Shown: positions 1 to 12,900 of the stretch, one piece after another
How positions within the stretch are numbered: position 1 is the first letter of the stretch
Layout of the letters: the number at the start of each line of letters is the position of its first letter
DNA from: Lama glama
Taxonomy: Eukaryota
Length of the DNA stretch: 64,000 nucleotides
Assembly (NCBI GenBank): GCA_028534125.1
Contig: CM052816.1
Location: 88,166,001-88,230,000, forward strand
Reading direction: 5' to 3'
The notes under the pieces: model-generated
Seen by the model: only the letters and a program-made list of their open reading frames with translations
Database searches by the model: none
Told to the model about the DNA's origin: nothing
Translations under genes and position numbers: made by a program

Positions 1-3000
1 GAAGTGAGAAAATCACTTGGCCCTTAATATTTTATGTGCTTTTTCATGACCTGGACCTCAGCCAAGTAAAAGCAGAGAAAGTGGCTAAAAGCAAAGAAGC
101 AAAAAGACAATTCTAAAGAACAATTGAATATATCTTCTCTGCTTCTCCCCAGCTATGGTTTCTTACTGTAAAACTCCCTATAAGGTGAACTGTTTCCTTA
201 AATTTCTGATTTCACTAACTTTCCTTTATTGGAACATCCTTAGAAGGAAGGAGCTACTCAGCTAAATTCTCCTTAATCAGTCATTTTCTTACTTTTCTAG
301 AAAAGTTCATAAAATTGAATGCACCCCAAGCAGTACCACAGAGTTTTCTATTTATTGCATAAGAGCTAAAATAAATTAGCTCAACTTCATAATAATGGAA
401 TTCCGTTATAGAATATGATTCATTTCCTAACAATAGCAAAAAGTTCTGCTTTTCTGTACATATTTCAAATAATGGACTTTCTGTTGATTGCAAAGTTGAA
501 TGAATTTCATTTCTTAACACTGCCCCACCCCACCCTGCCTCTACAATAACTGGAGGGTAGTCTGTCAGATAAATTGCATAAAGTCAACTAGAGAGAGATC
601 AGCATTGATTCCTTTTCCTTTTTCTGAGCTTTCTGGTTTTATAAAATGGCATTGCTAAAGGCCAGAGTTCTGAAGAGGCAAGTCCGTCTAGGAAATTACT
701 GTGGCATTTCTCCTACAGTTTTCTTCAGTTCTTTGATCACTGCAGGATGTAAGTTTTCAGTCATAAAAAAATATCCGTATGTACAGAAGGTTTCTTTCAT
801 CTCACTCTATATCTCCCTGACCACTAAATATTTGTCTGCTGTGACAGGCCGGAAGTTCTTGAAAGGCACTGACTATGTCTGGTCTCCTAAAACAAGATGT
901 AGAAATGACTTTAGAATTCTCCCTTAACTTCTGGGCTTGAAATGGACTTTGAAGGGGGCAGTCAAGTCCATCAGATAGCAATGGCACGTCAATGAAGAAA
1001 AATAAAATTGACATCTTGCCTAGAAAAGAATCTGCCTGATCCAACAGACAGTCAGCAGCATTCCAATGTCTAGAAGTAAAGTGGGAAAGAACAATTGATA
1101 CTAATTCCTACATCCTAAGAGAAGTTAATTCTGGGCCAAAAAAGGAGGTAAGCATGAGCCAGGGCAGCTCAAATAGCTGTGTAGGCAAAAGGACCCAAGA
1201 TAAAGCCAAAACTGTCTTACACTAGAAATTATGGATAAGTATGATTTAAAAAAGTATATCATTTAGCATTCATCAAGATTTTGAGTTTACAAAAACACAA
1301 AGGATATATTTATATGTTCTCTAACTGGAGCTACCCTGTGTAGCCTTATCAATTCTGCAGCACTGAGATATCTCTTATGGCATCCAGTTTCTCTTGAATG
1401 TGTCAAATGATGGGAGACTTAGTAATTCTTCAAACATCTCATCCATTACACGAGATGACATGTTTCTCACTCTTCTCTGGGTTAAATCTAAAGAGACTTC
1501 AAGCCTTGTTTATCTTTGCCCCTTTCCATCCTCCCAGCATGTATCCCAGGACCTACCACTGTGTAGGCAGACAATACTTTTAAAAATTAATTTTAAAGCT
1601 TTCATTTGTTAGAGATTTCTTCCTTTTTTAGACTTACAGCTACCGTATTTAATAATCTAAATTATGAGTCCCCCACTGAGAGACTTTTGTAATAAGCCTA
1701 ACTGATATGCAACGTGATAGCCCTTCGATATTTTAAAAGGTTTGTCCTTTTTCCTCTTGATCTTCTTTCCAGAATGAACACTCTCAGTAATGGTAGCAGT
1801 TATATATTTTTGGTTTGAAGAATATTTTGCTCTCCTATTCTGGCAATGGGTCATCCTTCCTTGAGCCTGATTCCTTTAACAAACTACTGTAGTCAAGCTG
1901 TGGGCTGATCAAAACAAGAGCATCATTGGACCATCTTTTTTTCTGGATATTATTTCTACCATTTAACCAACAGCCACAATATAAACCATGGCATATTATG
2001 CATAACTTTCCTTATATTGGCTTTAAGACAAACCAAAATTCCAAACAAGAAGGAAATGAAAACTGAAGAAAATCAATATTACACATAAACAGGTCTGAGC
2101 TGAATAAATACAAACATTAAAAAAGTAAAATAAAGCTTTGAGCTCAAGGAAAATAAATACACGGATAATAAAATGGACAAACTAAACAAAATAAAAGGAA
2201 TGATGACAGGGGAAATAAAGATAGATCTCCCTGAGTGAAAATTACTGTGAAAGAGATTTAATGTCAGGCTCAAGAAGTGTTACTGTTTGCTGTAATAAAC
2301 TTGATAGAATTGTGAGTTATTGAGGATTTCACAGCAATTTTTTTCTTTTCTTTTCCCTTCTTCATAGAAGATGCGTAAAACAGCAATCTTGTCCTTAAAA
2401 GAGAGAAATATACCTACTTTGTATCCCCCGGGTGTACCAAGGCAAAAAAAACAGACGTGTTGACTCAGCAAGTAGGTAGTCATTGGAGTCATACTAGAGG
2501 GAATTCATGTAGAGAACAGACACTTTTAAAGATCCCAGGAAAATCACTGTGTTAATTAACTATGTTATTGTTAATTTCATGTTGTTTTAGTTTTTCACAG
2601 GTGATTGGGAGCCAGAGCCACTAATCTTAATGTTTTCGTTTAAATAAAGCACTGTAATAACATCATATTTCTACAATATAATATTTTCAGTTATTGGGAA
2701 CATAAAACCGCTATTAGGAAAAAGAGTAAATGTAAAAAAATATAAAAGAGTAAAGTAAAAATGAAGAATCAGTGACTCAAGGACAAATTATGTCTGAATG
2801 CGTTTTTCACCTTCTTTTCAGATTATATATGTTCAAAGCTTTAATTCTTCCTCATATAACCTGATGATGGTTTACAGTGTCTAGTAATTATACTTGTAAT
2901 TCTGAGGACACAGAGGACTGAAACTATTTTCATAATTACTACACTGCATGTTTTAAATTTGGATACAGTCCTTTTTAGTGAAAAGATCTAGACATTCAAA

Positions 3001-3502
3001 AGTATTTAATTGAAAAAAATATTATTGTAAAAGAATAAAAGTGGTCCAAGAAAAAACATATTTTGTTGCATCAAATTTTCAGCTGGAATCCAAAAAGTAT
3101 CTTCAATGATTGCAACTTTGTTGTTTTAAATTACTGCTTAATTCCACTGGATGGCAGTATTGGATAAGAGCAGAAAATGCTGCTCTTCATAGGCACTTTA
3201 TCTCTTGCTGCTTTAAATGCTCCTAAAAAGGAGTAAACCTTACCTAGCACATATGTGTGCATATGTCATTTTAATGTATGCAGCTGATTATCTTTCCAAG
3301 TTACTCAGACACTTCTACAAGTAATTGATTCTCTTCTAAAATGTTTAACTTGTACTCCTCCTATCCACTAATGATGAAGGAAAATAAAATTTTGAAACCC
3401 ATGCAATTGGTCTTAGCTTGCAAATTGCTCTGCAGCGTGGTCAACGTCCTTGCTACCTTCTGTGTGAATGTATGTCCTCACTTTCTATTTGTCCTGCTAC
3501 AG

Positions 3503-3756
3503 CCATTAGATTTTGAGACAAAGAAGGCTTATACTTTTAAAGTAGAGGCCTCCAACCTTCACCTTGACCACCGGTTTCACTCGGCGGGCCCTTTTAAAGA
3601 CACGGCCACAGTGAAGATCAGCGTCCTGGATGTGGACGAGCCGCCGGTTTTCAGCAAACCGCTGTACACCATGGAAGTTTACGAAGACACTCCAGTGGGG
3701 ACCATCATCGGTGCCGTCACTGCCCAGGACCTCGATGTGGGCAGCAGTGCCGTTAG
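3503..3756 (+). CDS. CDH12: Cadherin-12 coding exon (end of EC3, start of EC4), 254 nt; upstream exons lie outside the window
   Basis: Pyrimidine tract and ctacAG acceptor (3501-3502), AG|GTAAGA donor at 3757. Translation [85 protein letters not shown] carries the cadherin LDFE, DVDEPP and AQDLD motifs. Confidence 0.97.
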
Positions 3757-3919
3757 GTAAGAAAAATAGACGTTTTCTATTCTGTGTGTCAGAAAGAGAA
3801 AGAAAACAAAAGAGAACAATACAAAACTCTGACTGGGCTTGCGTGAAGGAGTTAGTTCATGCAATGAACATAATGCTTGCAAGTGTAATAACTTTACATG
3901 GTAAGTATAAGAATAGAGG

Positions 3920-4130
3920 AAAAATCATAGGATTTGAACCAAAATATGTGCTAGCAATCCCTGTAACAGCTGAGCAGTGATGTGCTGTTGGACTTGTCAC
4001 TCAAGCTAACCAACATCAATTTTTTACCCATAAAAGATATTTAATAATGCAATCTAAATGGATGATCCTCATGAATAAGTTTAGTAAGGTACTTTCACCG
4101 TGCCTGAATTATCGTAGATATAGAAGGCAT
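3920..4130 (+). mobile_element. Degraded MIR SINE
   Basis: Recalled MIR layout: ataggatttgaacc...tgtgctgttggacttgtcactcaa...tttttacccataaaa...gtgcctg. Confidence 0.45.
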
Positions 4131-4944
4131 TATTACTCTAAAGTCTCTGTCCCCTACCCAGAGTTACGGTTTTAAAAAAGATAGTTTTACCACTTTTAAT
4201 TTGCAGTTCATTTTTTTCACTGTGACAGTTGTATCTGCTGATGGAAGCACAGTTTGAGTCACTCCTAAGGTAAGGGAATTGTGGAGTCGCTCAAAGCCCA
4301 GACTTTGCAGTTCCTTACTGACATAAGGCTGCTGGGTAGTAAGTCAACAAAGCAATCAGTAGAAAGTGTAAGAAAATACTGCTCCCCTAAACCCCACCCA
4401 AACCCATAAATGCCACTTGCACTACTGCTGTAAGCAGCGCAGTTTCCCCTTTTCCTCGCTTACGCATGCATCCTACAACACAGACTCAGACTTGTTTTGA
4501 TTCAAATTTGCTTCTTCAATGCGTAATCCTTGCCACATGCCACATGCCTACAAGTACTGGAAAACAGATAAACAAAAAAACAAAAAAAAAGAAGAAAGAA
4601 AGGGAGAGAGAGAAACGTGATTTGTCCTGAATCTCCCCATTCTAAAGGGTTGAAGCTAAGTATAGAAAAACCAAACCAGAGAACATATTGTTGGCTTTTA
4701 AAGCAAAACACTGCTCTCTTGACATAGGGAAAATACATAGACAACATATCTTATAAGATTTTAAGCCGTGGTGTACTTACTGATTAAAAAACAAAGGATC
4801 GACCTTTCAGCAGTGGCCTCAACACATTCCTAGCATAGGGGACAATCTCAGGAAATGGCTTGGGAGCTCTGTCATTGTATTTATCTGAATCCATCCCCCA
4901 AAGTGGCCTGAGAACTTTCTTTCTTGAAGCATGTCTGTGATCAA

Positions 4945-5444
4945 NNNNNNNNNNNNNNNNNNNNNNNNNNNNNNNNNNNNNNNNNNNNNNNNNNNNNNNN
5001 NNNNNNNNNNNNNNNNNNNNNNNNNNNNNNNNNNNNNNNNNNNNNNNNNNNNNNNNNNNNNNNNNNNNNNNNNNNNNNNNNNNNNNNNNNNNNNNNNNNN
5101 NNNNNNNNNNNNNNNNNNNNNNNNNNNNNNNNNNNNNNNNNNNNNNNNNNNNNNNNNNNNNNNNNNNNNNNNNNNNNNNNNNNNNNNNNNNNNNNNNNNN
5201 NNNNNNNNNNNNNNNNNNNNNNNNNNNNNNNNNNNNNNNNNNNNNNNNNNNNNNNNNNNNNNNNNNNNNNNNNNNNNNNNNNNNNNNNNNNNNNNNNNNN
5301 NNNNNNNNNNNNNNNNNNNNNNNNNNNNNNNNNNNNNNNNNNNNNNNNNNNNNNNNNNNNNNNNNNNNNNNNNNNNNNNNNNNNNNNNNNNNNNNNNNNN
5401 NNNNNNNNNNNNNNNNNNNNNNNNNNNNNNNNNNNNNNNNNNNN
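4945..5444. other. Assembly gap, exactly 500 N
   Basis: N run; the round size indicates a placeholder. Confidence 0.99.
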
Positions 5445-6911
5445 CAATCTAAGTGTTGTATGTGACTTAAGTTCTCAGTAAAATGTTTATAGAAATAAAT
5501 TGAATTGAGTTTACTTTCATTTAGCTACCTGCTACCAGACCAAATAAAAAGAAAAAATTTAAAAAAAATCAAACAGTGAATAAGAGGTGAAGAGATTTTG
5601 ATCTATTACTATTACCTGAACAAAATAATATTTCTTACCTCGACCTGAGTCATTATTCCTATGTTGTTATCACTTAAAGAATGAGATGTAACACTCTTAA
5701 CGGAACTCTGTACCGTCAAGTACTTTTTACAAAATGTGTTGGCAAATTGGAAGAGGGTCAAAGTTAGCTTTTCCATTAACTCTGAAAAAGTTATCAGGCA
5801 AATTAAAAGAAACAGTTTTAAAGGGAATGCTTACCTAATGAAGAGAATAAAACTTTTTAAGGCATTTCTGAAAACTCATTTATAGAAAAGTAATAAAATT
5901 GTTCTTTGTCAAGCATTAATCTTTGACTTCCATTCACTTGTTAAAACAGGTTTCTTAGCAACAGTCACTGTGCATATTTCTATGAACTATAGATTTGAGG
6001 CATTATATATAGATCATGAACATCTTTTTTTATTTGAATCTTATGTACTCACCAAATAAGTATAAGATGATTGAAATGCAATCTGTATCTAAAGGTTTTG
6101 CTCATTTAAACTGGTGAGATGGGCCAAATTAGACAGTTTATATTATACTGGTGTAATCAATTGCAATGAAAATATTTATCTACCCTTAGAATGGATGTTG
6201 ATTGCAGCAAACCCAGAGCAAACAAGTGATGGCTTACTCTGGGATGGTGTTTCTCCTGAAACTGATCTGGATGTTTTAGAACCTGGTTGTGTCTTCTCTG
6301 AACATATCTAGGAAATGTAGGAGTGAGTTGATCATCAGTTCACTGATGGTCATTTCTTACCAATGTCTCCTAGTCGCTAGAGTGGGCAAAATATCACAAC
6401 AGAAAATGGTGGCCGTCTCCTGTCTCTCACTCAGCCAGGCACAGGGGTCAGCCAGTCATACAAAGGGAGGACCTTAGGAAGGTGCCAGGACCTAGCACTA
6501 AGCATCTGACCAGAAAAAATGGCAGTAAGCTTTCTGAGATGATAACATTCGGAGAAAGGGAGTTCCAAATATCATAGGGTGATGGAGACAAAAACTAGAT
6601 GCCAGAAAATAGTGAATGAGAACCAAACACAATTGAGCCCATATTTTGTACTTCAAGGGGCTATATTTCATGGTTTGTACATTAGGGGGTTGTGGGGGCT
6701 TTGTAATTCCAATATTTTAAAGTTGAAGCCTGCATACGTCACAACTTGGTTCTAGAACAAAGCATACAGTTGTTAGGAAGAGTTTTTTTTTAACAGAAAA
6801 GTAATACAAATAATCATATTGAAAGAGAGAGGGAGGAAAGGCTACACACACACGTACATGAATGCACACACCCCACGTGCATGATTCTACACGTAGGTAC
6901 ACGTATCTCAT

Positions 6912-7100
6912 CCCATTTCATCTGTTCAACACTTACTACACGGCTAGGTAGGTATTATTTTCCAAATTTTACAGAAGACAAGAAGAACAGGCATTAGAGA
7001 GAAAGATTCCTTAATCTAATTGCACAAAGTAAGTGAAAAAACTGGTCTATCACCCTAGTTCTCTCTGTCCGAAAATTTAATGTCCTTCATGCTATATTTC
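6912..7100 (-). mobile_element. Degraded MIR SINE
   Basis: Reverse MIR core: ggtaggtattattttccaaattttacagaaga...agtaagtg...ccctagttctctctgtcc. Confidence 0.55.
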
Positions 7101-7423
7101 TTTGCCTCTCACTGGTGGTTGATTTATGGAACACAAACTCTATGTCAGTGTTAGACTGAAATGACTAAATAAGTGAAATTTGCTTACTCACCTTCCAAGA
7201 TATTGGATTTTGACTGATAGATATATAGAAGGATAAAACAGAGCTAGGTACATTATTTTATGCATGCAATATGTAAGTTCTTGAGTTTTTAAACATAATA
7301 CCATAAAAAAACTTAAAATTGCAATTAAAAATGACCCATGTGTATACAGTGATTCATTGCACGTAGATTCTGTTTGAATCAACTTTATAAATTATAACAT
7401 TTGCTGCAAGTATTAACTAGAAG

Positions 7424-7538
7424 TAAAGTGATCAACTGCCCCAGTTTTGTCTGGAACTGTGAAATCTTTTGGATCTCAAGACTTTCAGTACTAATACCGA
7501 GAAAGTCCTCAGCAAACCAGAAAGAGCTGGCTGTCCTA
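7424..7538. mobile_element. MER81-like hAT-Blackjack MITE
   Basis: About 115 bp, taaagtgatcaactgccccagtttt...gactttcagtactaataccgagaaagtcctcagcaaaccag...gctggctgtccta, with degenerate terminal inverted repeats matching the recalled MER81 consensus. Confidence 0.65.
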
Positions 7539-8287
7539 AATAAGACATTCTTAAAGCCCTAAATACATTGCCTTAAAGTAAATATATTTAACTATTATAT
7601 AGATAGATTAAGTCTGTGCATTGAATTCAATATAATATTTAAGTTGCAGATGCTAATTGCAATTAACATCCCAGGTCCTTGGCAACACAGAGATCAATAA
7701 AGTTGGCTTCAAGAAATTTAAAGAGCCTTGGGTAAAAAAGACAGTCACAGGCACAGAAAGTATGTAAGCTGTCTTACATTTGCCAAAATCTGCATAACAT
7801 TTGAGTGCTATGGGGCATCAAAAAGGATCTATTCACTGCTGAGATCTGCAACAATGTACATAAAGATGAGCTTTAAAAATTAGCATGCAGTTTAATTGGA
7901 GTGAATGAAACAGAAGAAGGGAATTCTAAAAACTGGTGGAGGTTCTACTGAAGCAACGGCAGCATGAGAAGCTCTGCGGACACACTCCCCAGTGAAGCAA
8001 GCATAGATGGCGATTATTATTATTATTTTTAAATTACAAACAACCATTTACTGTCTCTGGAAAATATCCTAAAAGCGTACAGCAAATGAAATATTCATTC
8101 AAGAAGATCTATTAAAACATGGTAAGAACAGCAAGAGAGTTTGGCACTTGACCTGCTCCCCCCTTTCCACTCCCGTCTTCCAGCTTGACTTTTAGAGAAT
8201 CCTTTCTGGATGATATGGCTGAGAAAACATGGCTCCTCTCTCCTCAGCTCTCAATCATGGGATAAAGCATGTTAACAGGAGGGGCAA

Positions 8288-8704
8288 TGTTAACTGAAAA
8301 ATCAGCTTCTGCACCCCGAAAAGTGAATTTAAACTCGGAGGAAGAGTTTTGGGAGCAAAGGATAGAGCGGCTTTATTGCTTTGTGGTCGAAGAGAGTCAG
8401 AGCAGGCTACTGCCTTAAAGACTGTGAGCGCATCTTGGGGTTGGGGTCTTGAGGTTTTATAGAAAAACTGGATGGAACAGAAAAGGTGATAGCAATCAGG
8501 GCTTTTTACGGGGTGCTACATTCCTCTTAACCTCAATGAATCTTCAGGAGGAACTCCAGAGGGTCTGTCCATTCTTCTGAGATCATCAGCCCATTATCTC
8601 CTTCCTGGAGCATAACCTCCGGGTTAAAGCTCTTCTCAGTAAAGAATGAATGAACAGTTTCCCATCAGGGAAGCCCATTTGTTAGTTTGCTTGATACTCC
8701 TTCA
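8288..8704 (-). mobile_element. ERV1-type solo LTR, 417 bp
   Basis: TG...CA termini, 4-bp target duplication gcaa/gcag (one mismatch), minus-strand AATAAA near the left end; the host L1 resumes after 8704. Confidence 0.75.
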
Positions 8705-9081
8705 GCAGGATGCCAGCATTTCTCATCCGACTCTGCATTTTCAGAAGCTAAATTCCTCGGGGGTGTGGTTGAGCTTACTCCTCCATTCAACCCCACTCAT
8801 AAGGCATAAATTCTGACCCTGCCAGGCTGAGAATTTGGGGCCGTGAGCACCCTGCCTCATATTGTTTGTTCCATTCCCCAAGAGTCAAAATGAGAAGACC
8901 ATCCTGCCTTCACCCAATGCTTGGAGCAGTGACTCAGAGAATTTCCCAGCGTAAAAGAGCCTATAGGACTGGAGAATTTTGAAGCAAATAATTGCTTCCC
9001 CCTTTTTTTTTTTTAGTTTTAATAGATATAAAATTATAGAAAGTACTAATTATAACAATAGGTTTATTGGATTTTTTTTAC

Positions 9082-9560
9082 AGTCAACTGAAATAACTGC
9101 ACAGCCTAAAAATTGAGACTTATGTTTTATTTGGCGATAAGACCCCAGCCGGGATGACAGCCTCTCAGATCGCTCTGAGGGAGGGCTCCGGAGAGGTAGG
9201 GGAGGAGCTAGGATATATAAGAGCTTTACAACAAAGACCAGGTAGTTGGAACAATAAAAGATTCCTTGTTATCTATAGAAAACCAGGCATCTCAAGTTAA
9301 AGAATTTAGTGCTTTTCTATGTATGGGAGGATGCAAACATTTAGGCTCATTGAATTCATTCCTTTGACAAGCACCTCGCTATCTAGGGCCAGTGTCCTGT
9401 CCTTTCTTATTCTGAGTCCCCTCAGGGTACACCATTGTGAGTGGCTGCAGAGGCCTGGCTGCAGGCTTGTCTTCCCTGGGGAGTGGCAGCAGCCGCTGAT
9501 GGCTTGATGGTTTCAGCATTCTTTGCTTGCTGATATTGTTTGCAGTAATTTTCGTTCACA
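9082..9560 (-). mobile_element. ERV1-type solo LTR, 479 bp
   Basis: Perfect 4-bp target duplication TTAC (9078-9081 and 9561-9564); termini AG (mutated TG)...CA; minus-strand order TATA (about 9214), R, AATAAA (about 9126). Confidence 0.8.
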
Positions 9561-10763
9561 TTACTATATCAATGCAATATAGATAACAGTATATGTTAAT
9601 ATATACTTGTATTATATATGTATGTATATGTGTGAGTACATGTGTATATCTGTATCTATATCTATATATGTATATATATAAATATAATAACACCGAGCTA
9701 CATAGGAGTAACATTTCTACATTTTATTAGAATTAAGTTAGTATGAATTTGAATCTAAGATGTATATGGTAAAATCTAGTGCAAATAAGAAAATAACTCA
9801 AAAATATAGTATAGAATTATTAAAAGCATGAACACCCCACTAGAAAATATTCACTTAGTGTAAGAGAAAGCAGCAGAGGAGAAATACAGGAATCTCACAC
9901 CATCACAGTTTTATCCTCTATAAGTGAGATTTCCAGATAATTGGAGCTTACCCCAGTTATGGAATTAAATGAAAGAAATCTGAACTAATAAGTTTAAAAT
10001 GTCTTAAAAACATATCACCTTTTCCACAACTCTTGAATATATGAAAATGAATTGTTCAGTTTAAATTGGGGAATTGTATAGTATGTGAATAAAGCTATTA
10101 CTGAAATGAAGCTTGGGAAAAAATTAAACATATGTTTGAAAAGTGAGACTCTATTACGGTGCTGGGAATAGAATAGGTTTGTTAAGGTCAGAACAGAGTG
10201 CTAATAGGAAACAATAATTAGAAAGTATTACATGCATAGTAAGAGAAACAAATTTCATTCTATATAGAAAATTGTAATAGAATCCCAATATTGCAAGGGA
10301 GCTTCAGACTCTCCAATCACGCTTAAATGTGTTCTACCGTATCTGCACCAAATATTCTGACAGTCGATGTTTGATAATTCCTGATGCTTATCATTTTCTG
10401 AGGAAATCCATTATGATCTCGTGCAGCTCTGACATCAAAGTCTCTGTTATGTTTATCTTAAATCATAGTATCTACAGATTCCATTCTCCTGTCCTATCTC
10501 CAGTTGACTGAAACTTAACAAGTAGATCTAACACTTGCTCCACATGAGTATTCTTATCAAATTAAAGGCTGCTCCATGTTCCTCCGTGTCCTCTTTCCTT
10601 CAGCCTGCATAGCCCTAGTTATTTCAATCAATCAAACCCATTGAATCAAATCTCTTCCAACCCTGGTTACTCTCTTTGTCTCTTGGCAAGATTCTGGTCT
10701 ACAGGAAATGTTCACAGTCTAGTCCCCTTTAAATACATCCACTGTATACTGTAAAAGTGATTA

Positions 10764-11415
10764 ACTTTTTTAAAAATTGAAATACAGTTAATTTACAATG
10801 TTGTATTATTTGCTAGTGTACAGCATAGTGATTCAGTTATATATATATTTTTTCATATTCTTTTCCATTATAGATGATTGTAAGACATTGAATATAGTTC
10901 CCTGTGCTCTACAGTAGGACTTTGCTGTTTTTCTATTTTATATATATTATTTAGTATCTGCAAATCCCAAACACCTACCTAATTTATCCCTCCCCCCTTT
11001 TCCCCTTTGGTAATTATAAATTTGTTTTCTATGTGAGTCTGTTCCTATTTTGTAAATAAGTTCATTTGTGTCATTTTTTTAGATTCCACATACAAGTGAT
11101 ATCATGTAATGTTTGTCTTTCTCTGTCTGGCTTACTTAGTATGACAATCTCCAGGTCCATCTATGTTGCTGCAAATGGCATATTGCATTCTTTTTTATGG
11201 CTAAGTAGTATTTCATTGTATATATATACCACATCTTCTTCATCCAGTCTTCTGTCAGTGGACATTTAGGTTAATTCCACGTCTTGGCTATTGTGATAGT
11301 GCTGCTATGAACATTGGGGTGCATGTATCTTTTCAAATTAGAGTTTTCTCCATATATATGCCTGAAAGTGTGATCTCTGGATCATATGATAACTCTATTT
11401 TTATTTTTTAAGGAA
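10764..11415 (-). mobile_element. 5'-truncated L1 3' end (cetartiodactyl-type)
   Basis: Typical L1 3' UTR/ORF2-end sequence (gtgtacagcatagtgattcag; tccatctatgttgctgcaaatggca; gctgctatgaacattggggtgcatgtatc); perfect 11-bp target duplication AAAAGTGATTA at 10753-10763 and 11416-11426. Confidence 0.9.
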
Positions 11416-11426
11416 AAAAGTGATTA

Positions 11427-11955
11427 CATTTGAACTCATACCTTATTTATACCCTTTGAAGCATTCATTCCACACAGGATCATGTCCAAGGACCTTAATA
11501 TAATTTATGAGGCCCTCCTGGACCTAAATCACTTAGCCTTTTTCCATTGTGCCTGTCAGATATTTTTCCATAATTCCCAACACCTTGTAATTCCCCCCAC
11601 ACACACTCCATGGTTTTGCTACTGCCGTTGCAGCTTCCTGAAATACCTTTCCCCCTCTCCTCACTCTGTCTGCCTCTCTTCTCATGAATAATTCCTGCAT
11701 AGCCTTCTAGCATCAGCAGAACATCATGGGTGGGAAGGTTTACCTGAACCAGTAGGTTTTGAACCAGGCACTTTTTCTTTGTACTTCTTTAGCATCTTTT
11801 CTGACCTCCTATCAGACACCCAAATCATCTATATGTGTTCTCCCAACTAGGCTCCTTATTGGTGGGCATTGTGCTTTACTAATTTGTATGTGTTTCAACC
11901 CTAGTGCAGTGTCTAGTGCATAGTGGACACTCAGTAAATATTTAGTAAATATTTA
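11427..11955 (+). mobile_element. L2 3' end (host of the L1 insertion; starts near 10730)
   Basis: L2 terminal motif tagtgcagtgtctagtgcatagtggacactcagtaaatattt with upstream aggccctcctggacct and ttcctgaaatac. Confidence 0.6.
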
Positions 11956-12712
11956 GCAAATTATACAGTTAAACACCAACAATTGTTAGTCTACACCAAC
12001 AATTCTTCCAGAAATGCTGTAGTCACTAAGGAAATTTGGGCACATCCTCTTGAATTAGGCATGTCCTCTTAAATTAGGCATGTGCCCAAATTGAACAATC
12101 AAGGTGCTGAAAAGTGGTATTGTGAGACGATGCTTTTTTGTTCAGAAAAGGACATCATGCAATAGAGATGCAGTTCATTATACCCTGTGCTCCCTGGCTT
12201 TCAAATGTGCCTTACCTTCATTGATAATTTTTGAGAACATTTCTCTGAGACAGGATGCTATGTTGAACTCATTCTCACAAATCAACAATAGGATTATCAA
12301 AGGCAGATTTAAAGCTTGGTTCATAGTCTGATCCTATTAGTTACCAATAGATATTGGCAAGTTAAGTTATAACTCTCATCTATAATGGCAAACTAGTTTT
12401 GACCTAGTGCTGAAATGATAGGCAAACTGCCTCAGTTTTAAATGAGCAATTTGTTAAAATAATAAATTTCTGTTTTGGAATACATGCCTTAAACTAACTT
12501 TTCATGGTGACCTGAGGATTTCGGTGGGCTGACTACGATGCTGTCATCTGCTTTCAGCCACTGCTGTCATGAGCTCCTCTTGATTCCCTGGCCAAAAATA
12601 TGGTCATAGATATATTGTGCATTGAGTCTTTGATTACCAAGCCCTTTCACATAGAATGATCTGTTAAAAGTTGGTAAGACTCTCTAATTATATTTATATG
12701 GAAAACATTGAT

Positions 12713-12900
12713 GACCTGGTTCAAATATCAGCTCTAAAACTTTCTAACTTTGTGAACTTTGGCAGTTTCCCTGAATGCAAAATGGGGAGATTAAAAACAC
12801 TTATTTTTAGGGTTGTGGGAATTTATGAAATTAACATATGTAAATATTTAGAATAATATCTGTCTGACACATGGTAAGATTTGAAAATATCTACTAATAC
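12713..12900 (+). mobile_element. MIR SINE
   Basis: acctggttcaaatatcagctct...tgtgaactttggca...tgcaaaatgggga...agggttgtggga...tgacacatggtaag. Confidence 0.65.

Larger units (their letters stand above)
7936..9892 (+). mobile_element. Old L1M (L1MD-like) 5' UTR and inter-ORF fragments, interrupted by two solo LTRs
   Basis: L1M 5'-end motifs (gctctgcggacacactccccagtgaa; caaccatttactgtctctggaaaatatcctaa; ggaggggca|gatgccagcatttctcatcc split by an LTR) and inter-ORF motifs (ataggagtaacatttctac; tagaaaatattcacttagtgtaagagaaagcagc). Confidence 0.65.

Noticed and set aside
3341..3502. N-terminal extension of the ORF as a start of the gene
   Set aside because: Intronic; cadherin similarity begins exactly at the AG acceptor at 3501-3502.
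4924..5481. Long ORFs in the track
   Set aside because: Artefacts of the N run (poly-X).
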